A DNA stretch of 64,000 nucleotides from an uncultured Mollicutes bacterium (GCA_900540365.1 UQFN01000004.1:51362-115361), one strand, 5' to 3'; shown: positions 40,155 through 48,859, numbered from the stretch's first letter. Notes: generated by a model not told the origin, from the letters alone. Numbers and translations: made by a program.

Positions 40155-40970
40155 ATGAAAAAATTTGTTTTACTTTTTATCCCATTACTAGCTTTAACTT
40201 CTTGTGGAAATAATCCAACTGATGAATTTATAACAGCTATAAATGATCAACATGAAAAAGGCAAATTTTTTCAAAATTATGATTATTATCGAAAGAGTTC
40301 ATTTATTAACGAAGAAGATAATAAAATATATATAACCACTTATAATGCAAAAATTTTTAAAGAAGATGGAATTTGGGATTACGACTTAAAACATCTTAAA
40401 GGAGATTTGATGGATGTTGAAGTAAATAGGTTTTATTTTGAAAAAAATGAACTTGTTTATAAAGAAAATATAGTTTATAAATTTAAAGATAAAACAAATT
40501 ATTTTAATTTAACAAAAATTGATAATAATGGTGATATAGTCTCTCAAGAAGAATCTAGTTTTAAAGCTAATCCTCCAAGATATATTTATACTAGTATTGA
40601 TACTTTTTTCTTTTCAGTTCCTAATAATGTGATTTCTGGATTGGAATTATTTTTAATATATAACAGCATTGATATAAACTATTTTGAACCTAATAATATT
40701 GTTGTTAATTTTGATAACAAAGATGTTTATACAAATAAGGATATCTTAGATCAAAATAACAATTTAATATCAACTTTCTATTATAAAAAAAGTAGTGATG
40801 GTATAAGTAAATTTTATTTTGATGATGAATTAAGAATGACAAAGATTATTTCTTTAGCTAATAACACTTATATTTTTAAAGATGATGTAACAAATATTTA
40901 TAATCATCAATTTAATGGCACAGTATATGAAGAATTAAATTCAATTGATTCTTTTGAGGTAGTTATATGA
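40155..40970 (+). CDS. Putative lipoprotein, type A, copy 2
   Basis: 271 aa with the lipobox LALTSCGNN and the RBS AGGGGG. It is colinear with copy 1 (for example NEEDNKIYITTYNAKI against NEETNEIYIIETKADV, and the ends SFEVVI against EFEVTL). Confidence 0.75.
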   Translation: MKKFVLLFIPLLALTSCGNNPTDEFITAINDQHEKGKFFQNYDYYRKSSFINEEDNKIYITTYNAKIFKEDGIWDYDLKHLKGDLMDVEVNRFYFEKNELVYKENIVYKFKDKTNYFNLTKIDNNGDIVSQEESSFKANPPRYIYTSIDTFFFSVPNNVISGLELFLIYNSIDINYFEPNNIVVNFDNKDVYTNKDILDQNNNLISTFYYKKSSDGISKFYFDDELRMTKIISLANNTYIFKDDVTNIYNHQFNGTVYEELNSIDSFEVVI

Positions 40971-41947
40971 AAAAGACTTTTATTTTTTTAAGTTTATTTC
41001 CGTTATTAGTTTTAACTTCATGTAATAGTGATCCTCTTTTAGAAAATATTATTAATTTTAAGAACCGAGTTAATAATTTAAAAGAACTTTATTATGTAAA
41101 TGGCGATAATTACTATTTTGGGAAATATTATTTAAATTCTTATTATCAAAATAATGATAATTATGAAATATTATCAATTAATGGAGATATTGTTTATCAA
41201 TATTATGCTTTTATAACAAGAGATCAAATTGAAGTTGAAAATGTTTATGGCGATATTACTTTTAATTTAATAAGTGGAAATTTAAATAGTAATCAAAAAA
41301 CAAGTTTATTAGTCAACCTAAATTTTAAAAATAGGATTTATTATGATATTAGTTATGTTGATGCATCTGATAGTTCGCAAAATTATACTGCTAAATATTA
41401 TATTAATAAAAATATCAATTTAATTTATGACTTAAATAAAAATTTGATTAATCTTGATGATTTTGTTAATTATTATTATCAAAATATAGTTAATAACAAA
41501 AACACTTCAATCGAAGTAGCAACTTCTAAAAGTATGGATATAAATAGTTATCTTTTTTCATATTCTGATATATCTAATAATTATTCAAATAATACTTATT
41601 TAAGAATAAATCGAGATATTTTAAATAGTGATAAATTACTTAATAAAGGTAGTATTACTGAATATGTTTCTTATTTTGATATATACCCATATGTTGATGG
41701 AAATAGTTTGCCAATGACGTTTTATAATGGTCAACTTGAAAAAATTAGTCGTATAGCTAATTATAATAATGAAGATAATTCTGAGATCTTTATTTTTAAT
41801 GAAGAATTTAGTGCTAATAGATATGAAGAATATATTTATGAAGAACCTAATAAGATAGATTATGAATTAATAGAAAATACAAATTTAAGTAATATTACTT
41901 TAAGTTATAAGTCAAATTTAAGAGATATATTAAATCTTTTAGCTTAA
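40967..41947 (+). CDS. Putative lipoprotein, type B, copy 2 (intact)
   Basis: 326 aa with the lipobox LVLTSCNSD. Its start overlaps the type A stop (ATGA). Confidence 0.75.
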   Translation: MKKTFIFLSLFPLLVLTSCNSDPLLENIINFKNRVNNLKELYYVNGDNYYFGKYYLNSYYQNNDNYEILSINGDIVYQYYAFITRDQIEVENVYGDITFNLISGNLNSNQKTSLLVNLNFKNRIYYDISYVDASDSSQNYTAKYYINKNINLIYDLNKNLINLDDFVNYYYQNIVNNKNTSIEVATSKSMDINSYLFSYSDISNNYSNNTYLRINRDILNSDKLLNKGSITEYVSYFDIYPYVDGNSLPMTFYNGQLEKISRIANYNNEDNSEIFIFNEEFSANRYEEYIYEEPNKIDYELIENTNLSNITLSYKSNLRDILNLLA

Positions 41948-41970
41948 TTTTATTAATAACTATAATGAAT

Positions 41971-41992
41971 AATACAAAAAGTTGTATTTTTT
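41971..41992 (+). terminator. Rho-independent terminator after the lipoprotein cluster
   Basis: AATACAA pairs with TTGTATT, followed by a T-run. Confidence 0.65.
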
Positions 41993-42016
41993 GATATACT
42001 ATTTAAGAGGTTTTTT

Positions 42017-42997
42017 ATGAAAATTGTAATTGATATGATGGGAGGAGATAACTCCTTAAACACTACAATCCCTGCAACTAAAGAGTTTCTTAATTTGTAT
42101 AAAGATTTAGAATTATTTTTAATTGGTGATTTAGATATTTTAACTAAAGAATTTGCTAATTTTAAAAATGTTCAAGTATTTGAATCTAAAACAATTATTA
42201 AAATGGATGCTGACCCTTTAAGTGCTATTAGAGATAAAGAATCTAGTTTAATGGTTGCTATTAGAGTGTTTTTAGAAAATAATTGTGATGCTTTAATTAG
42301 TGCCGGAAGTACTGCAGCTTTATTAACAGCGGCTACTTTAAAAATTAAACGAATTGAAGGAATAGTTCGTCCTTGTTTAGTTACAAGTTTTCCTACTTTA
42401 AAAGATAATAAGAAATTCGTTACTTGTGATTTAGGAGCTAATACAACTTGTACAAAAGAAGAATTAGTACAATTTGCTATTATGGGAAGTATTTATTATA
42501 AAACTATTTATCAAGATAGCGCTTCTCCTAGAGTTTATTTACTTAATAATGGAACTGAAGAAGAAAAAGGTACTCAGTTAAATAAAGAAGCTTATCCTCT
42601 TTTAAAAGAATGCAAAAAAATTAACTTCTTAGGTAATATGGAAGCTCGTGATCCTTTAAAAGGTGAACTTGAAGTATTAGTTTGTGATGGATATAGTGGA
42701 AATATTTTCCTTAAAACAATGGAAGGTACTGCTAGATCAATGTCTAAAATGATTAAAGAAGTATTTACTAAAAATATTTTTACTAAACTAAGTTATTTAG
42801 TTGTTCGTAAAGGTATTTCAAAAATGAAAGAAAAAATGGATTATAAAAATGTTGGTGGAGCATTACTTGCTGGAGTAAATGGAATTGTTATTAAAGCACA
42901 TGGAAGTAGTGATAAACGTTGTTTCTTAAGTGCTTTAAATAATAGTTATAAACTTGTAAAAAACGATATGGTCAATCAAATTAAAGGTAATATTTAA
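42017..42997 (+). CDS. plsX: Phosphate acyltransferase PlsX
   Basis: 326 aa. MKIVIDMMGGDN...SAGSTAALL...KAHGSSD matches PlsX. Confidence 0.95.
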   Translation: MKIVIDMMGGDNSLNTTIPATKEFLNLYKDLELFLIGDLDILTKEFANFKNVQVFESKTIIKMDADPLSAIRDKESSLMVAIRVFLENNCDALISAGSTAALLTAATLKIKRIEGIVRPCLVTSFPTLKDNKKFVTCDLGANTTCTKEELVQFAIMGSIYYKTIYQDSASPRVYLLNNGTEEEKGTQLNKEAYPLLKECKKINFLGNMEARDPLKGELEVLVCDGYSGNIFLKTMEGTARSMSKMIKEVFTKNIFTKLSYLVVRKGISKMKEKMDYKNVGGALLAGVNGIVIKAHGSSDKRCFLSALNNSYKLVKNDMVNQIKGNI

Positions 42998-43689
42998 TGA
43001 CTAGAAAAAATCTTGATCAATTTTTTAAAAAATTTAATATAACTCCTAAAAATAGAGAGCTTTTTGAAATGGCTTTTACCCATTCTTCTTTTAATAGTGA
43101 TGCTAAAACTACCCATCATGATTATGAAAGACTCGAATTTATTGGAGATAGTGTTCTTGGATTTGTAGTAGCAAGTTTAATATATAAATATCATCCAGAA
43201 ATGAAAGAAGGGGAAATGACTCGTACTAGATCAAGTTTAGTTCAATCTAATAGTTTAGCTAAATATGCAATTAATCTTGGATATAATGAATATATTCGAG
43301 CAGGTCATTCTTTATCACTTGAAGAAGCAAGTAAAAATCATAATATTTTAGAAGATGTTTTTGAAGCAGTCATTGGAGCTTTATATTTAGATCAAGGAAT
43401 TGAATTTTGTATAAAATTTATTACTAAAATTTTTAAAGATGATGTTATTAACTTTAAAATCGATGATTTTAAAGATTATAAATCACTTCTTCAAGAAGCA
43501 ATGCAAGCAGAATATCGTGAAAGTGTCACTTATCGAGTTATTAGAGAAATGGGGCCACCTCATGATAAAACTTTTGAAGTAGAAGTTTTATTTAATAATT
43601 GTATTTTAGGTAAAGGAAGTGGAAAATCAAAAAAAGAAGCTGAACAAAATGCAGCAAGTGATGCTTTAAAAAAGAAAGCGACATTGTAA
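42997..43689 (+). CDS. rnc: Ribonuclease III
   Basis: 230 aa with the signature ERLEFIGDSVLG and a C-terminal dsRBD (GSGKSKKEAEQNAA). Confidence 0.96.
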   Translation: MTRKNLDQFFKKFNITPKNRELFEMAFTHSSFNSDAKTTHHDYERLEFIGDSVLGFVVASLIYKYHPEMKEGEMTRTRSSLVQSNSLAKYAINLGYNEYIRAGHSLSLEEASKNHNILEDVFEAVIGALYLDQGIEFCIKFITKIFKDDVINFKIDDFKDYKSLLQEAMQAEYRESVTYRVIREMGPPHDKTFEVEVLFNNCILGKGSGKSKKEAEQNAASDALKKKATL

Positions 43690-43691
43690 AT

Positions 43692-44702
43692 ATGGGATTA
43701 TTTAAGTTTTTAAAAGATAAATTTAAAAAGAAAGAAGAAAATTCATTAGAAAACGAACAAACTCTTGAAAGTGTTAAAAAATATGATGAAGGATTAGCTA
43801 AATCAAGAGAAAATTTTTCTAAGCGTTTAAAAGCTTTAAATAAAGAATTTAAATCAAGAAAACTTGATGATAATTACTTTAATAATCTTGAAGAAATTTT
43901 AATTGAAGCTGATTGTGGAGTTGAATTTACTTTAAATACAATTGAAAAATTAGTAGAAATTGTTAAAAAAGAAAAATTAACAGATTTAAAAGAAATTAAT
44001 GAACGATTAATTTCTTTAATGTTTAATAATTATAATGATGATAGTCAAAACGAAGATGATATAACTTTAAAAGAAGGTTTAAATGTATTTTTAGTAGTTG
44101 GAGTTAATGGAGTTGGTAAAACAACTTCAATTGCTAAACTGGCTAATTTTTATTTAAAACAAAATAAAAAAGTCTTATTAGTTGCTGGAGATACTTTTAG
44201 AGCTGGAGCTAAAGAACAATTAACTATATGGGCTAATCGACTTAATATTAATATTATTACTGGAAAAGAAAATGAAGATCCAGCTAGTGTAAGTTATGCT
44301 GGAGTTAAATATGCTAAAGAAAATAACTACGATTTAGTTATTTTAGATACCGCTGGAAGATTACAAAATAAAGTTAATTTAATGAATGAATTAAATAAAA
44401 TTAAGCGCGTAATAAATAAAATAAGTGTTGCTAATATTTATACTTATTTAGTTTTAGATGCTTCAACTGGCCAAAATGGAGTTTTACAAGCAAAAGCTTT
44501 TAAAGATGTTGTTGATATAAATGGAATAATTATTACTAAAATGGATGGAACTAGTAAAGGTGGAATTATTTTAGCAATTAAAGATAGTTTAAATATTAAA
44601 GTTAATTTTATTGGTTTAGGTGAAAAACTTGATGACTTAGAAGTTTTTGATCTAAATAAATATTTATATGGTTTATGTAAGGAATTAATTGAAGATGAAT
44701 GA
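43692..44702 (+). CDS. ftsY: Signal recognition particle receptor FtsY
   Basis: 336 aa. GVNGVGKTTSIAKLA, DTAGR and TKMDGTSKGG match FtsY. Confidence 0.96.
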   Translation: MGLFKFLKDKFKKKEENSLENEQTLESVKKYDEGLAKSRENFSKRLKALNKEFKSRKLDDNYFNNLEEILIEADCGVEFTLNTIEKLVEIVKKEKLTDLKEINERLISLMFNNYNDDSQNEDDITLKEGLNVFLVVGVNGVGKTTSIAKLANFYLKQNKKVLLVAGDTFRAGAKEQLTIWANRLNINIITGKENEDPASVSYAGVKYAKENNYDLVILDTAGRLQNKVNLMNELNKIKRVINKISVANIYTYLVLDASTGQNGVLQAKAFKDVVDINGIIITKMDGTSKGGIILAIKDSLNIKVNFIGLGEKLDDLEVFDLNKYLYGLCKELIEDE

Positions 44703-45012
44703 ATTAGAAGAGTTTAACTATATTAATTCTTTATATGAGATATATAAAAAAGCATTAACTACTAAACAAGTTTTAATTATGGATAAATATTATTTATTTA
44801 ATTTAAGCTTAAGTGAAATTAGTGATGAATTAAATATTTCACGAAATGCAGTTAGTGATACTTTAAAACATGTTAAAGAAAAATTAATTAATTATGAAAA
44901 TGAATTTCATTTATTTTTTAAAATTAATAAATTAATTGAAAAAATAAATAGATTAGATATCTCTGAAGATAGCAAAAAAGAATTGATTGAGGTTTTATAT
45001 TATGGCATTTGA
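44695..45012 (+). CDS. ylxM: YlxM-like small HTH protein (UPF0122) of the ffh operon
   Basis: About 105 aa. LSLSEISDELNISRNAVSDTLKHV is an HTH. It lies between ftsY and ffh. The ORF track start at 44689 is a TTG, and the first ATG is at 44695. Confidence 0.8.
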   Translation: MNELEEFNYINSLYEIYKKALTTKQVLIMDKYYLFNLSLSEISDELNISRNAVSDTLKHVKEKLINYENEFHLFFKINKLIEKINRLDISEDSKKELIEVLYYGI

Positions 45013-46339
45013 AGCATTAAGTGAGAAGTTTCAAAGAATTATTAAAAAGATTAAAGGTGAAGCTAGATTAAGTGAATCTAATATGGATGCAATGCTTAAG
45101 GAAATTCGCATTGCCTTATTAGAAGCTGATGTTAACTTTAAAGTTGTTAAAGAATTTTTAAATGCAGTTAAAGAGAAATCTCTTGGAGAAGAAGTTTTTA
45201 CTAAATTAAATCCAAGTGAGATGGTTGTTAAAATTGTTAATGATGAATTAGTTGAATTATTAGGTAGTGATCAAGCTGAAATTAAATATAACAAAAATAA
45301 ACCTACTATTATTATGTTAGTAGGTTTACAAGGAACTGGTAAAACTACTAGTGCAGCTAAACTTGCTTATTTAATGAAAAATAAGCTTCATAAAAAAGTT
45401 TTACTTGCTGCTTTAGATATTTATCGTCCAGGTGCTATTGATCAATTAGCTCAACTTGCTAAACAAATCAATGTCGATTTATTTACTTTAGGAGATAAAG
45501 TTAATCCAGTTGAAATTGCAAAAAAAGCCAAAACTGAAGCTTATAATTCGCATTATGATGTTTTAATTTTAGATACTGCCGGACGACTTCAAATTGATGA
45601 AAAATTAATGGATGAATTAAAAAATATTAAAGAAGAAGTTTCTCCTGAAGAAATTTTACTTTTAGTTGATGCGATGGCTGGGCAAGATGCAGTTAATGTT
45701 GCTAAATCTTTCCATGATTTATTAGGTTTAACAGGAGTTATTATGTCTAAACTTGATGGTGATAGTCGTGGTGGAAGTGCTTTAAGTATTAAAAAGGTTA
45801 CTGGAGTACCAATTAAGTTTGTTGGTGTAGGTGAAAAAATAGATCAACTTGATATTTTTTATCCTGATCGAATGGCTAGTAGAATTTTAGGAATGGGAGA
45901 TATTTTAACTCTTGTCGATAAAGTTCAAGAAAATATTAATGAAAAAGATGCAAAAAAATCGGTTGAGAAACTTTTAAAAGGCAATTTTACTTTACTTGAT
46001 ATGTTAGAACAAATGAAACAAGTTCAAAAACTTGGAAGTTTAGGCGGATTATTAAAATTAATTCCTGGAATGCCAAAAATTAGTAAAGAGCAACAAGATT
46101 TAGCAGAAAAAGAAATGAGAAATTTTGAAATTATTTTAAATTCAATGACTCTTGAAGAAAAATTACATCCTGAAATTATAAAAAATAGTCGTAAAATTAG
46201 AATTGCTAAAGGATCAGGAAAAACTAGTGCAGATATTAATCGTGTTTTAAAAAAATATGAACAATCTAAAGAAATTGCTAAACAAATGAATAAATATAAA
46301 AAATTTGGTGGATTACCACCAAATTTCAAAGGTTTTTAA
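45002..46339 (+). CDS. ffh: Signal recognition particle protein Ffh
   Basis: MAFEALSEKFQ is the canonical start, so the ORF track 44987 start is an upstream extension. GLQGTGKTTSAAKLA, DTAGR and the M-domain are present. Confidence 0.96.
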   Translation: MAFEALSEKFQRIIKKIKGEARLSESNMDAMLKEIRIALLEADVNFKVVKEFLNAVKEKSLGEEVFTKLNPSEMVVKIVNDELVELLGSDQAEIKYNKNKPTIIMLVGLQGTGKTTSAAKLAYLMKNKLHKKVLLAALDIYRPGAIDQLAQLAKQINVDLFTLGDKVNPVEIAKKAKTEAYNSHYDVLILDTAGRLQIDEKLMDELKNIKEEVSPEEILLLVDAMAGQDAVNVAKSFHDLLGLTGVIMSKLDGDSRGGSALSIKKVTGVPIKFVGVGEKIDQLDIFYPDRMASRILGMGDILTLVDKVQENINEKDAKKSVEKLLKGNFTLLDMLEQMKQVQKLGSLGGLLKLIPGMPKISKEQQDLAEKEMRNFEIILNSMTLEEKLHPEIIKNSRKIRIAKGSGKTSADINRVLKKYEQSKEIAKQMNKYKKFGGLPPNFKGF

Positions 46340-47112
46340 TTATTTTTTAAAAATTTTTTACCTTTATTTAAAGCTTCAATTTCACTTTTAGGAATTTTAT
46401 CATTTTCCCTTTCTTTTAATAATTTAAGATCTTTTTTAGTTAATTGATAGGAATTATATAAATCTTCACGATATTTTTTTGTAATGACTAAACGTTGATA
46501 CTGATGAAATTTATCAATTTCTTTATGATTTCCTGAATATAAAATATCTGGTACTTTATCACCTAAAAAATCATAAGGCTCAGTATATTGAGGATATTCT
46601 AATAAATTATCATTAAAGCTTTCTAACTCAATACTTTCTTTATTAATAACATTAGGAATTAAACGAGATATAGCATCAATTAAACAAAAAGAAGCAGTTT
46701 CTCCTCCAGTTAAAATAAAATCTCCAATTGATATAGATTCATCAAAATATTTATATAATCTTTCATCAAAGCCTTCATAATGTCCACAAAAAATTAAAAT
46801 TTCTTCTTTTTTTGATAATTCAAGGGCTTTAGTTTGGTTAAAAGTATTTCCTCTTGGACTTAAACAAATTTTATAGGTAGAAGAAGTTGAATTATTAATT
46901 AAAGCATCATAAACTGGTTGAGCTTTTAAAATTAGACCTGCTCCACCTCCAATTGGAGGAGTATCAACTCGGTGATATTTATCTTTTGTATAATCTCTTA
47001 TATTAACTAATTTAACTTCAATTAATCCTTTTGAAATAGCTCTAGCAATAATTGAACTATTTAAAAAAGAATCATACATTTCTTTAAATAAAGTTAAAAT
47101 TATAAATTTCAT
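46336..47112 (-). CDS. trmD: tRNA (guanine37-N1)-methyltransferase TrmD
   Basis: 258 aa. The TrmD motifs PIGGGAGLILK and CGHYEGFDER are present. Its stop overlaps the ffh stop (TTAA at 46336-46339). Confidence 0.95.
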   Translation of the reverse strand: MKFIILTLFKEMYDSFLNSSIIARAISKGLIEVKLVNIRDYTKDKYHRVDTPPIGGGAGLILKAQPVYDALINNSTSSTYKICLSPRGNTFNQTKALELSKKEEILIFCGHYEGFDERLYKYFDESISIGDFILTGGETASFCLIDAISRLIPNVINKESIELESFNDNLLEYPQYTEPYDFLGDKVPDILYSGNHKEIDKFHQYQRLVITKKYREDLYNSYQLTKKDLKLLKERENDKIPKSEIEALNKGKKFLKNN

Positions 47113-47612
47113 ATTAATCCCTCAATAAAATGAATAACGATAATTTTATTTTCTAAATCAATTTTTTTAACAAAAAAATCATTAAAAGGAACGTTATATA
47201 TCTTATCTAGATACTTTATATTTAATGAAACTTGAGGGGTAGAATCATTAACTTTAACAACGACTCCTCTATCTTCAAAACCTTCGTTTTTTACAAATAA
47301 CCCTTCTAAATCCGCATAAAAATATTGATTTTTCTTTAAAATGTCATTATCTTTAATTACGAATAAGTAGCAATTTTTAAACTTTGAAGCTTCTTCGATA
47401 GAGTTGATATCTTTAAATTTAACTACATAAAATTTATCATCTTTTTGATATGATTTTTCAATCACAAGTTCTAAATATTCATCATTATAATAAACATAAA
47501 TTTTATTATTTTTTTTATATCGAACATTAGCAAAACTAGAAGTATTAAAAACTTTTACTTCACCTTTAATACCAATAGTAGATGTTATTTTTCCGCTTGA
47601 TAAATATTCCAT
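47109..47612 (-). CDS. rimM: 16S rRNA processing protein RimM
   Basis: 167 aa. GKITSTIGIKGEVKV matches RimM, and it sits between khpA and trmD. Confidence 0.9.
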   Translation of the reverse strand: MEYLSSGKITSTIGIKGEVKVFNTSSFANVRYKKNNKIYVYYNDEYLELVIEKSYQKDDKFYVVKFKDINSIEEASKFKNCYLFVIKDNDILKKNQYFYADLEGLFVKNEGFEDRGVVVKVNDSTPQVSLNIKYLDKIYNVPFNDFFVKKIDLENKIIVIHFIEGLI

Positions 47613-47631
47613 AAAAAAAGAAAGGAGTTAA

Positions 47632-47892
47632 TTACTCCTTATCTTGATCAAAAGATTCAAATTTAATATGAATTCTTTTATTTTCTAATTTTCCTGCAAC
47701 GCTAACAATTTCTCTAATTGCAAATGCGATACATCCTTTTTTACCAATTAAGTGAGCAGTATCTTCACTATTTGAAACGATTAAGAAAGTTTTGTCTTTT
47801 TCGCTTTCTTGAGGAATTTCACGAACAATAATGGAATCAGGATTATTAATAAAAGGATCAACAATAGTATGAATTAATTTGTTGTAATCCAT
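47632..47892 (-). CDS. khpA: KH-domain RNA-binding protein KhpA/YlqC
   Basis: 86 aa. GKKGCIAFAIREIV is a KH GxxG-type loop. It follows rpsP, as in Bacilli. Confidence 0.85.
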   Translation of the reverse strand: MDYNKLIHTIVDPFINNPDSIIVREIPQESEKDKTFLIVSNSEDTAHLIGKKGCIAFAIREIVSVAGKLENKRIHIKFESFDQDKE

Positions 47893-47895
47893 AAA

Positions 47896-48231
47896 CTATT
47901 CTCCTTTAGCTTCTTTTTTTGTAGCTTTAGGACTCTTTGTTGAAACAACTTTAGCTTTTTTAACAGTAGTTTTATTTTCTTTTGCTTTTTCAACTAATTT
48001 CTTTGATGTTAAAATTGCTTTAACAGTACCACTATATTGAGCACCAGTTTTTAACCATTTTAAGGCAACTTCTTCATAAACGACAGCATTTTCAATGCCT
48101 TTAGCAGGATCATAATAACCGACTTGTTCAATATATCTACCATCACGTGTATATCTTGAATCAGCAGCAACGATTCTATAGAATGGTTTTTCGTGTCTTC
48201 CTTCACGAGTTAATCTAATTTTTACTGACAT
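47896..48231 (-). CDS. rpsP: 30S ribosomal protein S16 with a K-rich C-terminal tail
   Basis: 111 aa. MSVKIRLTREGRHEKPFYRIVAADSR matches S16, followed by a lysine-rich tail of about 30 aa. Confidence 0.96.
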   Translation of the reverse strand: MSVKIRLTREGRHEKPFYRIVAADSRYTRDGRYIEQVGYYDPAKGIENAVVYEEVALKWLKTGAQYSGTVKAILTSKKLVEKAKENKTTVKKAKVVSTKSPKATKKEAKGE

Positions 48232-48254
48232 AATTTTATCTCCTTTGCTTTGAT

Positions 48255-48284
48255 ATTATATTAAAATTAATATTATAGTGTCAA
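48255..48284 (-). promoter_or_regulatory. rpsP operon promoter (minus strand, TTGACA-18-TATAAT)
   Basis: The -35 is the reverse complement of 48279-48284 and the -10 the reverse complement of 48255-48260. The RBS AAGGAG lies downstream. Confidence 0.6.
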
Positions 48285-48300
48285 GTAAAAATACTTGACA
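48279..48300. promoter_or_regulatory. Palindrome TGTCAAGTA-AAAA-TACTTGACA presenting a TTGACA hexamer on both strands
   Basis: Perfect 9-bp arms lie in the divergent rpsP/rplS intergenic region. Confidence 0.6.
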
Positions 48301-48319
48301 TTTAGTGATAATCAAAATG

Positions 48320-48348
48320 TTGACATTATTATTATATTTTAATAGAAT
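48320..48348 (+). promoter_or_regulatory. rplS promoter (TTGACA-17-TAGAAT)
   Basis: The -35 is at 48320-48325 and the -10 at 48343-48348. Confidence 0.6.
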
Positions 48349-48354
48349 AATAAA

Positions 48355-48436
48355 GCATCATTGCTACGGGCGTTCCGCTTTAATTAATTAGATATTATAT
48401 GAACGTCAAGAGAACGAATTTGAAAGGAGAAGCAAA
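48355..48436 (+). promoter_or_regulatory. Candidate L19 (rplS) autoregulatory leader
   Basis: A GC-rich island, CTACGGGCGTTCCGC, can pair through GCGTTC 48370-48375 with either of two GAACG copies (48401-48405 or 48412-48416) just upstream of the RBS. Confidence 0.35.
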
Positions 48437-48787
48437 ATGAATAAGAACTTAGTTAAAGAAATTACTGCTACTCAATTAAAGAAAGATGTTCCTGCATTCT
48501 CAAGCGGTGATACTGTAAAAGTCTCAGTAAGAATTACTGAAGGTGGAAAATCAAGAATCCAAGCTTTCGAAGGTGTTGTTATTGCACGTAGAGGAAGTGG
48601 AATTGGTGAAACTTTCATTGTTAGAAAAGTTTCTGGTGGAGTTGGAGTTGAAAGAGTTTTCCCAGTACATGCCCCAAATGTTGTCAATATCGAAGTACTT
48701 AAATTTGGTAAAGTAAGAAGAAACAAAATATTCTACATTCGTAAAAGAAGTGGAAAAGCTGCAAGAATTAAACAAATTCTTAAATAA
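48437..48787 (+). CDS. rplS: 50S ribosomal protein L19
   Basis: 116 aa. [33 protein letters not shown] matches L19. Confidence 0.97.
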   Translation: MNKNLVKEITATQLKKDVPAFSSGDTVKVSVRITEGGKSRIQAFEGVVIARRGSGIGETFIVRKVSGGVGVERVFPVHAPNVVNIEVLKFGKVRRNKIFYIRKRSGKAARIKQILK

Positions 48788-48806
48788 GCAACTTAAAGAA
48801 AATAAA

Positions 48807-48836
48807 ATAGACAAGTTAACTTGTCTATTTTTTTTA
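48807..48836 (+). terminator. Rho-independent terminator after rplS
   Basis: ATAGACAAGTT pairs with AACTTGTCTAT, followed by T8. Confidence 0.85.
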
Positions 48837-48850
48837 TATTTTTGTATAAT
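48821..48850 (+). promoter_or_regulatory. rbgA promoter candidate (TTGTCT-18-TATAAT with TG extension) overlapping the rplS terminator
   Basis: TGTATAAT is at 48843-48850. The ATG at 48860 lies only 9 nt downstream, and no Shine-Dalgarno sequence is visible. Confidence 0.4.
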
Positions 48851-48859
48851 ATTTTCGAT

